Below, piece after piece: positions 40,941 to 54,640 of a stretch of 64,000 nucleotides of DNA; the stretch's first letter is position 1; each line of letters opens with the position of its first letter. Position numbers and translations under genes: made by a program. The notes beneath the pieces were generated by a model, which saw only the letters and a program-made list of their open reading frames with translations, searched no databases and was not told where the DNA came from. Origin of the DNA: Octopus vulgaris (Eukaryota); contig OX597831.1 in the NCBI GenBank assembly GCA_951406725.2, forward strand, positions 60,450,001 through 60,514,000, written 5' to 3'.

Positions 40941-43900
40941 TGTCAAAACTCTGAGCGAGGATATTGACTGGAAATATCTATGTGTGTAAAGTGTATATAT
41001 AAAGCTGTGTATGTGTCTTTATGCTAAAGAATTTGCAATTGATTAGAAGAAAGGGTTGGGAGAGAAATTGAGACTCCATACTGGAGTCGTAGTATATTTT
41101 TTTTCTGACAAATTCATGTTGTATTAAACCGTTACAACGTTGAATATAGAGTCGATACAAGTGAGACATATAAGAGCAATGTAGATAAAGAATGAAAGAT
41201 AAAGGGCAGAGTAAATAAACATATAGAGAGTGCATGAAATGCTGCAATATTTCTTTGAACGCTGATTATTACTTTTCATGTTCTAATGATACTAAGCACG
41301 ATCAGACATTTAAAAGTATATAATTTATAATATACGAATGCACGAATAAATTTAAGCATCAAAATCTGGATTCAGTATTTGATTTTATACGTGTTATTGC
41401 ATATTTTCCCACCCCAAATTTTCAGAATATCTGTTGATCGGTTATTTGTAATATTTTTGTAAACAATTATGATGTTGAAACATTTTCATTTAAAATTCGA
41501 TGGGAAGTTTTCATCTACTCACTGACGCACCTGTCATAGAGGTACATAAACAAGAAGAGTACATAAGCAAGTAGGTGTCTTGTCTTTAATTGTAAACCTA
41601 GTAATGCGGTTAGTGAGGACTGAACACCCGAATCATTCAAATAGGAGTCGATGATGTGTGTATTATTAGAAGCGGTTCAAGTCCAGCTTCCGATTCAAAA
41701 GATTAATAAATAATAGGGTTCCGACTGTGACAACCTGTAGCTAATTTAATAGCGTATACCGAATTCTATTTTTGACACATGGCTTCGTTAATGCCGTTTG
41801 TACGTCCGAATAGAACATTTTCCTTGGATCCTAGAAAGTCCAATTCCAAATATTATGTTGATGCATTTAATTTAATATAATTGATGGCCACGTATTAGTC
41901 TGAATTGCTGTGAAGAAGCACGTTTTTCAAAATTGCATTGTTCTGGGTTACCAATTTAAATTGAGACATTTCTATAACACTCCAGCACTAATCTCTATAT
42001 TTAAGACAACACTGAAATATAGCAGCTCATATGTCGGCAAACAAACACTGGATGTTAGGAGCATCGCCTAGTTATAGTCAGTAGCAATACAGTAAACTTG
42101 TCACTTCTTTCATAAACTAAAGAAAACAGATGAATTAAATATCCAACAACAACAACAACAGGAATGTCCATCTAAATAAAATTTGGCTCTCCTACCATCA
42201 TTTAGACTTGTCTGTTACTTGGAGAAGGTTTCTAGTTTATGGCTAGATGCCTTTACGATAATGATCACTCTACCACGAAGTGGGATTAATTCCAACAGTC
42301 TTGAAAGTTTATTTCATTTTATTTGATAGTTCAGAATAATGTTCCATTGAATATAGTTTCTACTGTTTTCCTTTCTTTCTTGAAGTTAGTCAGAAACTGA
42401 TAACACCTTTCCTTCAAATCAGCTTTGCCTTGACTTTCATCAAGCAGTAAATATTAATTTGTTTGTTTCTCAATAAACGTAGAGAGCTGCGTTGATAAGC
42501 AAACAGACAGAAGTGTGATAAATCATGGACTCATTCTCACTTGCCTGCACTACAGTACATTGAAGACGAATACGGTAGTGTCTAAGATTATATACTTACC
42601 TTATCTAAGAATAGTAAATATATTGTTGTAAAAAAAAAAGGGAAATGCGTTATTTTGCTGTCGGTATACAGTACAAGGAAAGTTTGCAAAACAGGTTATA
42701 TTTTATATAGTATACGCTCAATTATATCCACAGGAAAACATAGTTATCGTCCGAAATATATTTTAAAAGTCACAACACAAATTATGATGTAAGCCTTGTG
42801 ACGTTTCTAATATAGGTAGTTGTTATACCTCTCACAGTATATATATATATGTATATATGTATGTGTGTTTGTGTGCGTGTGTGTGTGTTGTTGTGTGTGT
42901 GTATTACAGCTGCCATTGGTTTCATGTTCCCCAAATATCTTAATATGTTAACAATTTATGGAGGAATAGTTTTCGTTTACATCTTGGATGAAAACACGAA
43001 CATTCTCGAGAATTCACAATAAAGTTTAAAAAAAGAAGTCTTGGCTCGTTACTCTTGTGTGACACATTTTGAGTGATTTAAAGTTAGCTTTCTTAAATGT
43101 AGCTATAGTTGCACCACTAATATCGGATAGATATTACCCAACCATAATAAAAACAAAATAACCCCACTAGGAATACCCCTAGAAGAGACTGCTAGTATAG
43201 TAACAATCAAACAGCCTAAGGGAAATATATACTTAGGATATATACTTAGGGTATTTGAATGATAATGGTTGGAGGCTATGAGTCAGGGAAACGGGATTAA
43301 TTAGAAGAGAGAATACAGAATTGGTGTAATCCTCGAGTAAATAGAACAATACTTAAACGAGATAGATATGAGAGCACCATTCACATTAGGAATATTGTAT
43401 GAAGCTATATATTCAATTAGTTTCAAGGGGAAAAAAGAACGAGAAACTAGATTAATTTGCGGCAAGCGATTGAAGAGCAAAATAATATAGTGGAATACAC
43501 GAATCCTTGGATTTAAATCTATATGCATAAAACTGTAAAGTTTGAAATTATCTTCCACGTTATTTCTAGAAAAGATATAAATACACACACAAACGAAAGA
43601 AACTTGAAGATAATCATGTGATTGATTAGGGTCTAAGTCTCACCAGGTACTTCAAGAAAGGAAAACGGTTATCGATTAGTGGTTAAGTCACACTAGCTAG
43701 TCTGAAAGAAAATAAATCATATGACTGATTAGTGATTAAGTCACGCATATATTTTGGATAAAAACTAAAATATATAATGATAGAGATTGCAAAGATTAGA
43801 AATTCGAGATTAAAAAATTTAAAAATTAAACGGCTTTCATATTATTTTTTTAATTTCACAGGAAATGCAAAAGTAATATAAAATCAGACAAAGATATAAT

Positions 43901-44509
43901 AAATAGGAAAAACTTAAGAAAAATGTTAAACTACACGATAACAAACTCGAAATTAATGGTGAACATTTCTAAAATTCATGAATTAATGTTAAACCTAAAA
44001 GAGTAACAATTTAAAAACTCAAACTTTTTTGAAGAATTTAATCTCTACTGTCAATGGAGATTCCTCTTCCGAATAGTTTAAAGCAAAAATAATTACGAAT
44101 GTTGTGTATGAAAATTAGATTTTAAATCAAAAATCATCAGTTTGTGAAGGGTTCTTTTTAATTTTTGAAGACATATGCGAGCGTTGTCAATTTTACAGTG
44201 GTGTATGTCATCTGATAATGCAGGGATTTTAAGTTGTGGATTGTAAGTATTAAATGCGTAACGCCTGGTGAAAATAATATCAAGAGGAAAAAAAAAAAAT
44301 CAAACGAATTTTGATAAAAGACTAACAAATTTTACGGGAAGTGTGTTAGGCGATGGCCTCAACCACACAGTGTGGTGAAATGGAAATTATTTTATCGACC
44401 AGGAATGGATGGGTAGCTAAGTCGACCTCAATGGTTTTGGAGCTGAAAATATTACGAATCGAAAGAAATTCCCCTTAAGCATTTTGACCCAGTATATTCT
44501 AGATCATTC

Positions 44510-44959
44510 TTGTGAGGAGCAGTCCATTTCTTCCGGTATGTCATATTCTTTTGTCGTGTGCTCAGCATCACTAGATAACTTCCATTTGATAGGTTTAAAT
44601 TCCATTTCAGATAAGCACGTTATCTATTTTATTGCTCTTCCTTGATGATATGATATCTGTCCTGTAATTTTAAACGGTTTCATTGCCCTCTATTCCCTGT
44701 TAAATCGTTGTATGTATATTCTAAATGTACGTCATTTGCCTCTACAGGAATACACCAAAAGTAACACTGCATAACCATCATATATAATTGCTACGCAATT
44801 TTTGTCTAGCAGCAAGACTAGCATTTGCTGGATAACGATCAGGCCCACCCTGCTGCACAATGGGAAACCGGTTGAGTGCAGCACCTTCTATATTGGCTCC
44901 AGTCTCCTTCACACCTTTATCCTTACCAGTCTTGTTTAACATTTCACTAACAAATGAGC

Positions 44960-44960
<1 letters not shown>
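44510..44960 (-). mobile_element. Possible N-terminal fragment of an R4/Dong-like retrotransposon
   Basis: Remnant HQGRAIK*ITCLSEMEFKPIK resembles the DQxRxIxKxxxLSxxEL N-terminal motif. Abuts the (ATT)n tract. Confidence 0.35.
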
Positions 44961-45008
<48 letters not shown>

Positions 45009-45009
45009 G

Positions 45010-45059
<50 letters not shown>

Positions 45060-45062
45060 TAT

Positions 45063-45981
45063 TCAGTAGTTTTATTTTTATAGCGTGCTTTCACTTCACT
45101 ACCGAGCGCAGCTCTGTGTGCCTTGGGTATGTGCTGTGATTTGTTGTGATGCTCTGATGGTTATTGTATGGAAAGTGTTCTGCGTAGGATGTGTGCAGTG
45201 CCTAGTAGTGCAATTTTCTGTATGTTATATGTGTTTGTAAGTCCTGGTGTTTTTCTTATGTACTTGTCTGAATATGTTTTTATCATGCCTAATGCACCTA
45301 CTATGATAGGAATTGTTTCTGTTTTCAGATTCCACATTCTAGTTACCTCTATTTCCAGGTCTTTGTATTTTGAGAGTTTCTCCATTTCTTTTAGAGACAC
45401 GTTGTCATCAGCCGGTATTGATACATCAATTAGAAAGCATTTTTTTCTTCATGATCTCTGACAACTATATCTGGTCTGTTGGCCTTAATTTCTCTATCTG
45501 TGTGTATCGGCATATCCAGAGTATGGTTGTTTTCTCGTTTTCTGTGACCTTTTCTGGTGTGTGCCTATACCATCTTTTTTCTGTTGTTATTCCATAATGT
45601 TGGCATAGCTTCCAATGATGTATGTAGGTTCCAACTCTGTCATGTCTGTGAATATATTCCTTCTTAGCCAGGACTGGGCAGCTAGAGATAATATGATTTA
45701 TTGTTTTTTGTCCATCTCCACATATTCTGCAGTTACTTGTAATATTTCTTTTCATTACATGTTTTTGGTAATCTCTGGTGGGGAGGCTTTGGTCTTGTGC
45801 TGCAATTAAAAATCCCTCTGTTTCTGCTTTGAGTCCTGAGCTTCTCAACCATTGCTGGGATTTTTCTTTGTCTATTTCTTTTGCGTTTAGTTTAGTCCAG
45901 TATTTACCATGAAGGGGATTTTTTTGCCATCGTTTTATCATGGTTCGTTGCTGTTCTATTTTTAGTTTGGATTTCATTTGG
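45063..45981 (-). mobile_element. R4/Dong-like RLE non-LTR retrotransposon, 5'-truncated copy 1
   Basis: CRICGDGQKTINHIISSC zinc knuckle, RHD, and EKLSKYKDL/IIVGALG of the RLE domain. Frameshifted, with (TAA)n at both ends. Confidence 0.88.
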
Positions 45982-45994
45982 ATTTTTCATTTGG

Positions 45995-46059
<65 letters not shown>

Positions 46060-46063
<4 letters not shown>

Positions 46064-46404
46064 TAGTTTTATTTTTATAGTGTGCTTTCACTTCACTACC
46101 GAGCGCAGCTCTGTGTGCCTTGGGTTTGTGCTGTGATTTGTTGTGATGCTCTGATGGTTATTGTATGGAAAGTGTTCTGCGTAGGATGTGTGCAGTGCCT
46201 AGTAGTGCAATTTTCTGTATGTTATATGTGTTTGTAAGTCCTGGTGTTTTTGTTATGTATTTGTCTGAATATTTTTTTATCATGCCTAATGCACCTACTA
46301 TGATAGGAATTGTTTCTGTTTTCAGGTTCCACATTCTAGTTACCTCTATTTCCAGGTCTTTGTATTTTGAGAGTTTCTCCATTTCTTTTAGAGACACGTT
46401 GTCA
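46060..46404 (-). mobile_element. R4/Dong-like element, copy 2 (short 3' end)
   Basis: Nearly identical to 45063-45407; (TAA)n at both ends. Confidence 0.88.
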
Positions 46405-46508
46405 TTATTATTATTATTATTATTATTATTAATATTATTCGTATTATTATTAGTAGAAGTAGTAGTAGTAGTAGAAGTAGTAGTAGTAATATTTCATCAT
46501 CATCACTA

Positions 46509-46540
<32 letters not shown>

Positions 46541-46682
46541 AATACTACTACTACTACTACTGCTACTACTACTACTACTACTAACAATAATAATAATAGC
46601 GGCAAATCACGAGCAAAACAAAAATTATTCTCAGTATTTAAGGAATCTGAAAAATACAAACAAGAAACCATACCACCTAACA

Positions 46683-46760
<78 letters not shown>

Positions 46761-46843
46761 AAGAAGAAGAAGAAGAAGAAGAAGAAGAAGAAGAAGCAGA
46801 AGAAGAAGAAGAAGAAGAAGAAGAAGAAGAAGAAGAAGAAGAA
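46405..46843. repeat. Compound trinucleotide microsatellites (ATT, TAG, CTA, TAA, GAA)
   Basis: Directly visible, with a short unique stretch at about 46600-46680. Confidence 0.95.
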
Positions 46844-47764
46844 AACACTACAAAAACTATAAAGCAAATGAAATCAAACTAAAACTACGGACCATGATAA
46901 AAAGATGGCAAGAAAAGCCCCATAATGGCAAGTACTGGACTAAACTAAATGCAAAAGAAATAGACAAAGAAAAATCCCAGCAGTGGTTGAGAAGCTCAGG
47001 ACTCAAAGCAGAGACAGAAGGATTTTAATTTCAGCACAAGACCAAAGCCTCCCCACCAGAAATTACCAAAAACATGTAATGAAATGAAATATAACATGTA
47101 ACTGCAGAATATGTGGAGATGGACAAGAAATAATAAATCATATTACCTCTGGGTGCCCTGGCTAAGAAGAAATATATTCACAGACACGACAGAGTTGGGA
47201 CCTACATACATTGGAACCTATTTCAACATTATGCAATAACAAGAGAAAAAAATGGTATAGGCACACACCAGAAAAGGTCACAGAAAACGAGAAAGCAACC
47301 GTACTCTGGGATATGCCAATACACACAGATAGAGAAATTAAGACCAACAGACCAGATATAGTTGTCAGAGATCATGAAAGAAAAAAAATACTTTCTAATT
47401 GATGTATCAATACCAGCAGATGACAACGTGTCTCAAAAAGAAATGGAGAAACTTTCAAAATACAAAGACCTGGAAATACAGATAACTAGAATGTGGAATC
47501 TAAAAACAGAAACAACTCCTATCATAGTAGGTGCATTAGGCATGATAAAAAAATATTCAGACAAATGCATAACAAAAACACCAGGACTTACAAACACATA
47601 TAAGATACAGAAAATTGCACTACTAGGCACTGCACAATCCTACGCAGAACACTTTCAATACAGTAACCATCAGAGCATCACAACAAATCACAGCACAAAC
47701 CCAAGGCACACAGAGCTGCGCTCGGTAGTGAAGTGGAACACGTTATAAAAATAAAAGTACTGAA
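46844..47764 (+). mobile_element. R4/Dong-like element, copy 3
   Basis: Same family as copy 1 in the opposite orientation. RPDIVV and LIDVSIP motifs, frameshifts and a (TAA)n tail. Confidence 0.88.
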
Positions 47765-47766
47765 TG

Positions 47767-47830
<64 letters not shown>

Positions 47831-47847
47831 TAATAATAATAATAATA

Positions 47848-48655
47848 AAAGGTTTCATCCTGGCTGCTCAAGATCAAAGCCTATTAACCCCAAACTACCA
47901 GGCCAATGTAATGAAAAATGGAGCAGACCTAAAATGCCGATTCTGCAATGACCTGATTGAAACAGTGGACCACCTAATCTCTGGATGTAAAGTCTTAGCA
48001 CCAGTGGAGTATAAATTAAGACATGACAGAGTTGGCCAATATCTATACTGGCTAATAAGTCGGCATTACAATATCAAATTTGCCGACAAGTGGTATAATC
48101 ACCACCCTGAAGCTGTAACTGAAGGAGAAAATGTAACGATTCTGTGGGACTTTCCAGTACATACAGACCGAACCATCAAAGCCAATAAACCAGATATTGT
48201 TGTGAAAGACAAAAACAATAAAGTTTGCTTATTGATCGACATGAGCATCCCCTGTGATCATAATATCTCGGCGAAAGAGTTTGACAAGCTCAGAAAATAT
48301 AAAGACCTACTCATTGAAATTGAGAAAATGTGGCATCTCAAGGCGGTTACAATACCAGTGATCGTAGGAGCACAAGGAATGATCAAGAAGGGAACCGAAA
48401 ATTATATGAGAATGATCCCTGGCTTACCATCCCTGCAAGATGTGCAAAAGATTGTCTTAACTGGTACATCACACGTATTGAGAAGAGCATTGTCGCTGTG
48501 AGAGCTGGTACTGCCCATGTATTTTAATTTAACCATAAAAAAAATTAACGAACTATTGAGTTTGGTTTAATGGCCTACCAATGTATACTATGAGTTTCTT
48601 TGCCCTAGGAGTAGGGAAGACGCTCGGCAAGAAATGGAAGCAAATTTGAAAGAAG
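47848..48655 (+). mobile_element. R4/Dong-like element, second subfamily, 3' fragment with open frame
   Basis: The frame is open over 47848-48501: CRFCNDLIETVDHLISGC, RHD, KPDIVV, LIDMSIP, KLRKYKDL. Flanked by (TAA)n. Confidence 0.88.
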
Positions 48656-49099
48656 AAGAAAAATAATAATAATAATAATAGACAATATGAAGAGAGCGAG
48701 TCGATTGTAATGGATATTTTATTGGTTGGACGATATTTTGACAGTAAGTCTATTATTGTCGAGTTCAAAATACAAAGGGATAAAAACTCAAAATGATAGC
48801 AATTTAAATTTAAAGTATGAACAAGGACTTAGATGGAATGTCATCATCATTCTTTAAATTTCACTTTTATAACTGGGAAAAAGAAAAAGTCAGTCAAAAG
48901 AGACCGAAAAAAGAGGAAAGAAAAAGGAGAGGATATAAAAAAAATATTTAATCAAAGAGTTTTGTATAAATTTGAGGATATTCTCCTGTCATTTTATCTG
49001 TTTCTCCAGGGAGTGACGTTAATAACCCGTAAGGATATTTCACCTTATGCTTTCTGAGAAGTGAAAGTGAAGCAGATACATATTTTCTGAAAATATGCA

Positions 49100-49860
49100 C
49101 TTTCAAGCCTTTTTCTAAATTTCAGCCGTTTGAAACGAAATGTTCGGCAAGTTCTGTAGAACTACTGTTATCCTGCCTGTCGTCGAATCTGTGCCCATCA
49201 AATCTTTTGTTCAATTGTGCTGTTATACAACCAACATAAATCAAGTTGTGTTTCGTGCATTCTGGCGTGTACAACAAATGGCAATCTCCACATGTCCCAC
49301 CTTCTGTATAAATCATAACATTTCATATGGTATTTACTTGATTCATGTTGTTGCACAATGGACAGGTCTTACCTCCCTTGTGGCTGCTTTTCAAGGTACA
49401 GCATTCAGATACTCCCATGTTCATTTCTTGGAGTCAGAAATAGAGGTCACTAATTCCCTTATATTCTTTTTCTGTCCAAAGGCTACAATAGGCGGCTGAG
49501 GAAATATCTGTGTGAACCGGGGATATGTTTTCACCACATGCTGGTAACTTTCCTGCAACGCTTTTGAAATGCCAGCGAAACTTCGATGCCAGTTAATCAC
49601 TGAAGCAATTCTGTCATCTGTTGTATTTTGTTTGCTAAAATTACGCATAACGGTTTGACTATCTTTACCAATCTTAGCTATTTCATTTGCTATTTCCTTT
49701 AATCGTGATTCGCTGGAACCGGGCTTCATATACTGATGTACAAAAGCATTTGCATGTCTCGAATAGAAATTCGTTTTATCCTCAAAATTTGTGATTTCGG
49801 ATTTGATAGAATTATATGATGTAGATGATCGGAGCGGTGGTGGAGATAAAAGTTCTACCC
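49100..49860 (-). mobile_element. Penelope-like element, thumb plus GIY-YIG part
   Basis: IFPQPPIVAFGQKKNIRELV; TCGDCHLLYTPECTKHNLIYVGC...LNKRFDGHR. Confidence 0.75.
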
Positions 49861-51560
49861 TCATCATTCCCCTTCCCCCATTACGTCTATGTAGGTACAG
49901 ATGATCAACATCTAATTTTGGGTGGTGCTTGTTCTTATATGTATGGGGCAATTGATCTTACCATTCATAACAATTCCTTTTAAAGTCTTTTTGAGCTTGT
50001 GAATTCATAGATTTCTATTCAAGGAAAATGCATATTCTTTCAGCTGGTATGTGTGTGAGGATGTTGTAAGTGGTGTTGAGACATGTTATTAGTCGGTAGT
50101 TCTTTGGAGGTTTCGTGTGTTTAGTTTTTAGTAGAAGGGATGTTGTTCCTCCAGTCAGCCAGGCAGGTAGTTGCTCTCGGTTCTGGATGACATCAGCTAA
50201 GAATGCAGTGACATTTTGGTGTACTTCTGCCAAACAAATCAACCTGAAATTAAGGAAACGGTCCAGTCGTGGGGTTCTCCATTTGTTAACTTTCTAAGAA
50301 CGTATCTTAGCTCTTCTACTGCCATTGAACTTCATCTACTCCTATTGAACTGATCTAGAAATTCAACCACTCTCACTTTCTCACGTTCATCATTATATTC
50401 TTTTTTTGTTGCACAATAACCATTTCCGCATTCTTAGGTGGCTCCCTTACTTCTTTCTTACTTTTGCCAATTTCCCTATAATTTTTTTCATCCGTTTCAT
50501 TTCTTAGTTTGTCGTTAAATTTCATTCTTTATCATACATTCTGAGCCGTTCGGCTCTCAGTTGTATTCGTTGTTTCACTATTTCCTCTGCTTAGGAAGGT
50601 TTATAAAATCTTTGATTTTTATATTTTTGTATATATAACACTTCAATGTCAGAGTTTTCGTGGTGCATCCTAAATCATGACATTATTTTTCTTGTTTTCC
50701 TGTCTCTTTTGATTAGTTCATTTAGGGTTCAGTTAAAAATATTGTAGCGTTAACTTATAAGTGCGAAGGCTGGAGTGTTGATGCCTATTATCTTATTTTT
50801 CGCATTGAGCTCTTTTCATTATTAATCTTACACGTCTACAGTATTCTTTTCTTATCTTCTCTTTCATTTGTGTGTGTTATATCGTATCTAGTTCATTGAT
50901 TCCTAAGTATTTGTATGTTTAGATTTGGTATAATTCTCGTATCTCAATTGCTTTATCTAGTGCGATGTTGCAACTCTTAACTACTTTTTCTCTTTTCAAG
51001 GTTGCTTTGATACATTTTGCTAGGATAAACTTCAAGTGTACTTCTTTGGCAAATCCATGTTCTGTCTGTAGTAATGTTTCCAGCTGTTTATCATTTGTAC
51101 CATACAGTTTTAGATCAACTATATATAAGAGCTGCCTGCTTTTAACGTAACAGTTGTATCTACATCCACTTGTGTTTAGCATGTCAGTTAAAGGTGTCAG
51201 TGCCAAGCAGAAAAAGAGTAGAAAGAGCGCACCTAACTGGAATATTATTCTTTTAATGGGGATGGCTTTAGTTTTTATGAGTCCCACTTTTGTCTGGAGC
51301 TGTAGCAGTCTACCATTCATTTATGGAATGTTTTATGTAATTTATGATTATTGATGCTACCTAGTTCATGGCTAGATTTTAGGATCCATGTATGGGGAAT
51401 TCTATCAAAAACCTTTCGGTAATCGATCCAGGCCATACGTAGACCCTTCTTCTTTCTGCCATTGTCTTCAGTAATGGCTTTGGAGAATAGTAGCTGATCT
51501 TTATAGGCGAATGAGCCCTTGCAGCATCCCTTCGGATTTCTCCGAATTATATGATGTCGA
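49860..51560 (-). mobile_element. Degraded R4/Dong-like RT fragments (two copies)
   Basis: KDQLL, MAWIDYRKVFDRIPHTWI, IKRIIFQLGALFLLFFCLALTPL, LLYIVDLKLY, YKYLG, KNYRLITCLNTTYNILT, HHPKLDVDHLYLHRRNGGRG. Confidence 0.8.
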
Positions 51561-51720
51561 TGATCATAGAGACGGCGGAGATAGATGTGGGATAATTTAG
51601 GCTTGCAAAATAAAACTTTTATGTCCAAAAATTCAACGCTAGTTTTGGAAAAACTAGACGTAATTATTATGTTAGACATAAAACCATAGATTTTAGCATA
51701 ACAGTCACAGAAATGCAAGA
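51560..51720 (-). mobile_element. Penelope-like RT domain 6-7 fragment (upstream part of the 49100-49860 element)
   Basis: NIIITSSFSKTSVEFLDIKV...YLRRLYDHRH. Confidence 0.55.
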
Positions 51721-51779
51721 ATCCAATTAAACTATCCTGTTATCCCTCCCAGTAGAACAAAGATGTCATCAGTAAACCA

Positions 51780-52900
51780 TAACCAGAGTATAGGTTGATC
51801 AAATAGAACATTTTCGACCCATACCGCTGCTCAAGGCAGAATGGAAAATTTTGGACAAGGTGCTAGCAAAGAGGTTGGCGATTGTTGCCGGGGAACTGAT
51901 TGGTGATGCGCAAATATGCGCCATCCAAAGCAGATCCATCCACGGCAACCTCCACCTCATGGGATACATTATTGACAGGGTGGAGAATGGCATGTGTGGT
52001 ACGTTGATCAATTTAGGCCAGTCTAAATCCTTTGATATGGTCGAACACAAATACTTGGTAATTTCCCACAGCTTTCCTTTATGACTGGGCTGCAGTCCTG
52101 GATAAAGCATGCACCGAGGAAAGGCCCCTGAACCTAGAGTGACATTAGGCGCTCACACTCCACAGTCAGTAGGGCAATGCTCTATAGAGTGTTAGTAGCG
52201 GGTAAGTGCGACGGCTTTCTCGGAGAGAATCTGGGTGTAGACATGAACGAATTGGCTGGTCTGTTCCGGAGGACTTTCAGGTCGTGGTCTATGGTTGATA
52301 TGTACAAATTCTTGGCATGTCCGGAATACCGGGTGAACTGCCTATTTGAGATAAATTCTACAAGTACGGGCTTACTCGAGATGTGCGTAAAGCGACGAAA
52401 CTGTTCTGCAGGCTCTCATCTAGTTCCCGAGCCTTTCTGACTGGCAGGTTTATGACGAACACATTCTGTCGAGTGTAGGACAAATTCGGCTATCAGTTGA
52501 CTCCATATGGGGATAGTCTCGCCATATTCCTATGACCTGGAAGAGTAGGCTGCTTTTCTTTGCCTGGGGGCCTTAGCGAAAGAGGTTGTATGGTGGACCA
52601 GTTTGAAAGGGCTGAAGACAGATAAGTTTCTCTTTGGCCGAGTCCGCATCAACTTTTTCAAATTTCATTTTAAAAGAGTAGCGAGGGGGGAGAGGGAAGA
52701 TCTCCTCTCCAGCAATTTTGTTAAATGGGTGAATGTTACAAGAATAGCCCGAGTGAGTGGACCTACTCTAAGCATGCGCCTGTAGACAAAGCGGAAAGAG
52801 CACTTAACCTAGTGGTCAGGACTGTTGTGGACCTCAGGACTTATCATGAGCAGTTCTAGTAGGTCTGCTGTTCTAGAAATGTTGTTGTTATAATGATTAA
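51780..52900 (+). mobile_element. L1/Tx1-clade LINE fragments
   Basis: FRPIPLLKAEWKILDKVLAKRL...AQICAIQSRSIHGNLHL...LINLGQSKSFDMVEHKYL, followed by degraded 3' sequence. Confidence 0.75.
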
Positions 52901-54405
52901 TTTTGCTTATTTTCATTGTATACACGAATTTCATATAACTCCATATTGTTTTTGCCCTGTTGCGTCCATAACGTTTTGTTTTTATGTAAACCGTTTTTGG
53001 TTAATAAAGAAATCATTATTATTATTTTCATATTTGCAAGTTTTCTAATTCCATTGTGTCCGGCTGTTCTTTGTATAAGCAACGCTTGTACAGATTTGGA
53101 TGTATATATGTTTGTATCTATGCATGCATGAATTTGGTGTATGTGTGTGTATGTGTTTGTGTGTATGTATGTGTATATGTGTGTGCGCGCGCGCCTATGT
53201 GAACATCAGTGTATAACTGTCCCTGAAATCATATGTTTGGAGCTCAGATTCATCTTTCCATAAACGTTTTCTGTCTGAAATTAAATAATTTTTCGGTTTT
53301 GCTAAACATTGGCCAAATTAAAATATGCACCAGTAATTTATTATGAATTTCCGTTTTGTTCGATTTACCTAATGAACGTTGAAAATTGTTCTTATTTATC
53401 TATTTTTTGAAAACAAGAGTAATTATATTTGATATTGTTGTACTTTATAAATTTTAAGTGTCTGATCATTATTTGTTATTGTGTGAATTACCTTTAGTTC
53501 ATTTGCTATGAAATTGTAAAAAACATTAAATAATCTTATATATTTTCATCCATTGTCTGAATGCACATTATAAGAAATGAAATATCACTTTCCCTAAAAG
53601 CCACTTTCGCTAATATGTCCTATAGTAATTTCTGTAATATTCAAAGCGAATCAGTTTCAACGACACAAAATTATTACTCATCAAGTAAGTTATCTAATTT
53701 TGAAAATGCTGTTTGTTTTAATTATATGTGCACCCATTAATGGCTTACATATAAAGGTGTGAAGACCGTGACGTGTCTCATCAGCTTTCAATTCTTACTT
53801 GTTATTTCAATTTCGGACATTAATAATTTTTCTCACAGCATAGACCAAGCAAATTTGAAACGTATTCATACAAATTTGAAGCTGTGTTATTTATAATACA
53901 GTATGTTATTATACTTGAAACAATTGCAGATTTTGCCCTAGTAGAGAGAGTGAAGGAGAAAATTAAATATGTGCGAGATTTTCCTTTGTATCTATGTTCA
54001 GAACAAACCTCATAGCTGAACAGTTTAAGCTCATTAATGCCAACAAACCACGTACCAGTTTATTGCAAGGGTTATTCACTGAGTTATATACTTCTTTTGA
54101 ACATAAGTAAAAAACACAATACGCCAGTGTTCAATCAATTGGCAATATATCCAGCCATCTACAAAAAACTTGCTGTCTCGAACTTTATAACAAATCGATA
54201 TAGACAGATATACACTTTGAACAATCCGAGCTCAAAATACTAAACTAATCTTGTTTGTTTATTTACATAATCTTGAAATTTAATTTAAATACAAAATATT
54301 TTGTTTTTTACTAGTTTTTATTAGATTCATTCAAATATTCCTCACACCAAAACATGTAACTGATTTGAAGCTTGCTTCCAAAATCATCACACATTTACAA
54401 TGCAT

Positions 54406-54436
<31 letters not shown>

Positions 54437-54505
54437 CTCATTCACTCATTTATTCAATATAAATAAGCAAAACCTAATAAGAGTTGCTGATGATGATAAG
54501 GACTA

Positions 54506-54539
54506 ATGATGATGATGACTACGACGACGATGATGGTGT

Positions 54540-54600
<61 letters not shown>

Positions 54601-54601
54601 A

Positions 54602-54636
<35 letters not shown>

Positions 54637-54640
54637 GGTT
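54506..54640. repeat. (GAT)n/(GGT)n microsatellite
   Basis: Directly visible. Confidence 0.95.

Noticed and set aside
43624-43746. Three roughly 20-bp repeats (gattagtggttaagtcacac-like) spaced 51-52 bp apart, superficially CRISPR-like
   Set aside because: The repeats are degenerate, the spacers partly resemble each other, there are no cas genes and the context is eukaryotic. It is an old minisatellite.
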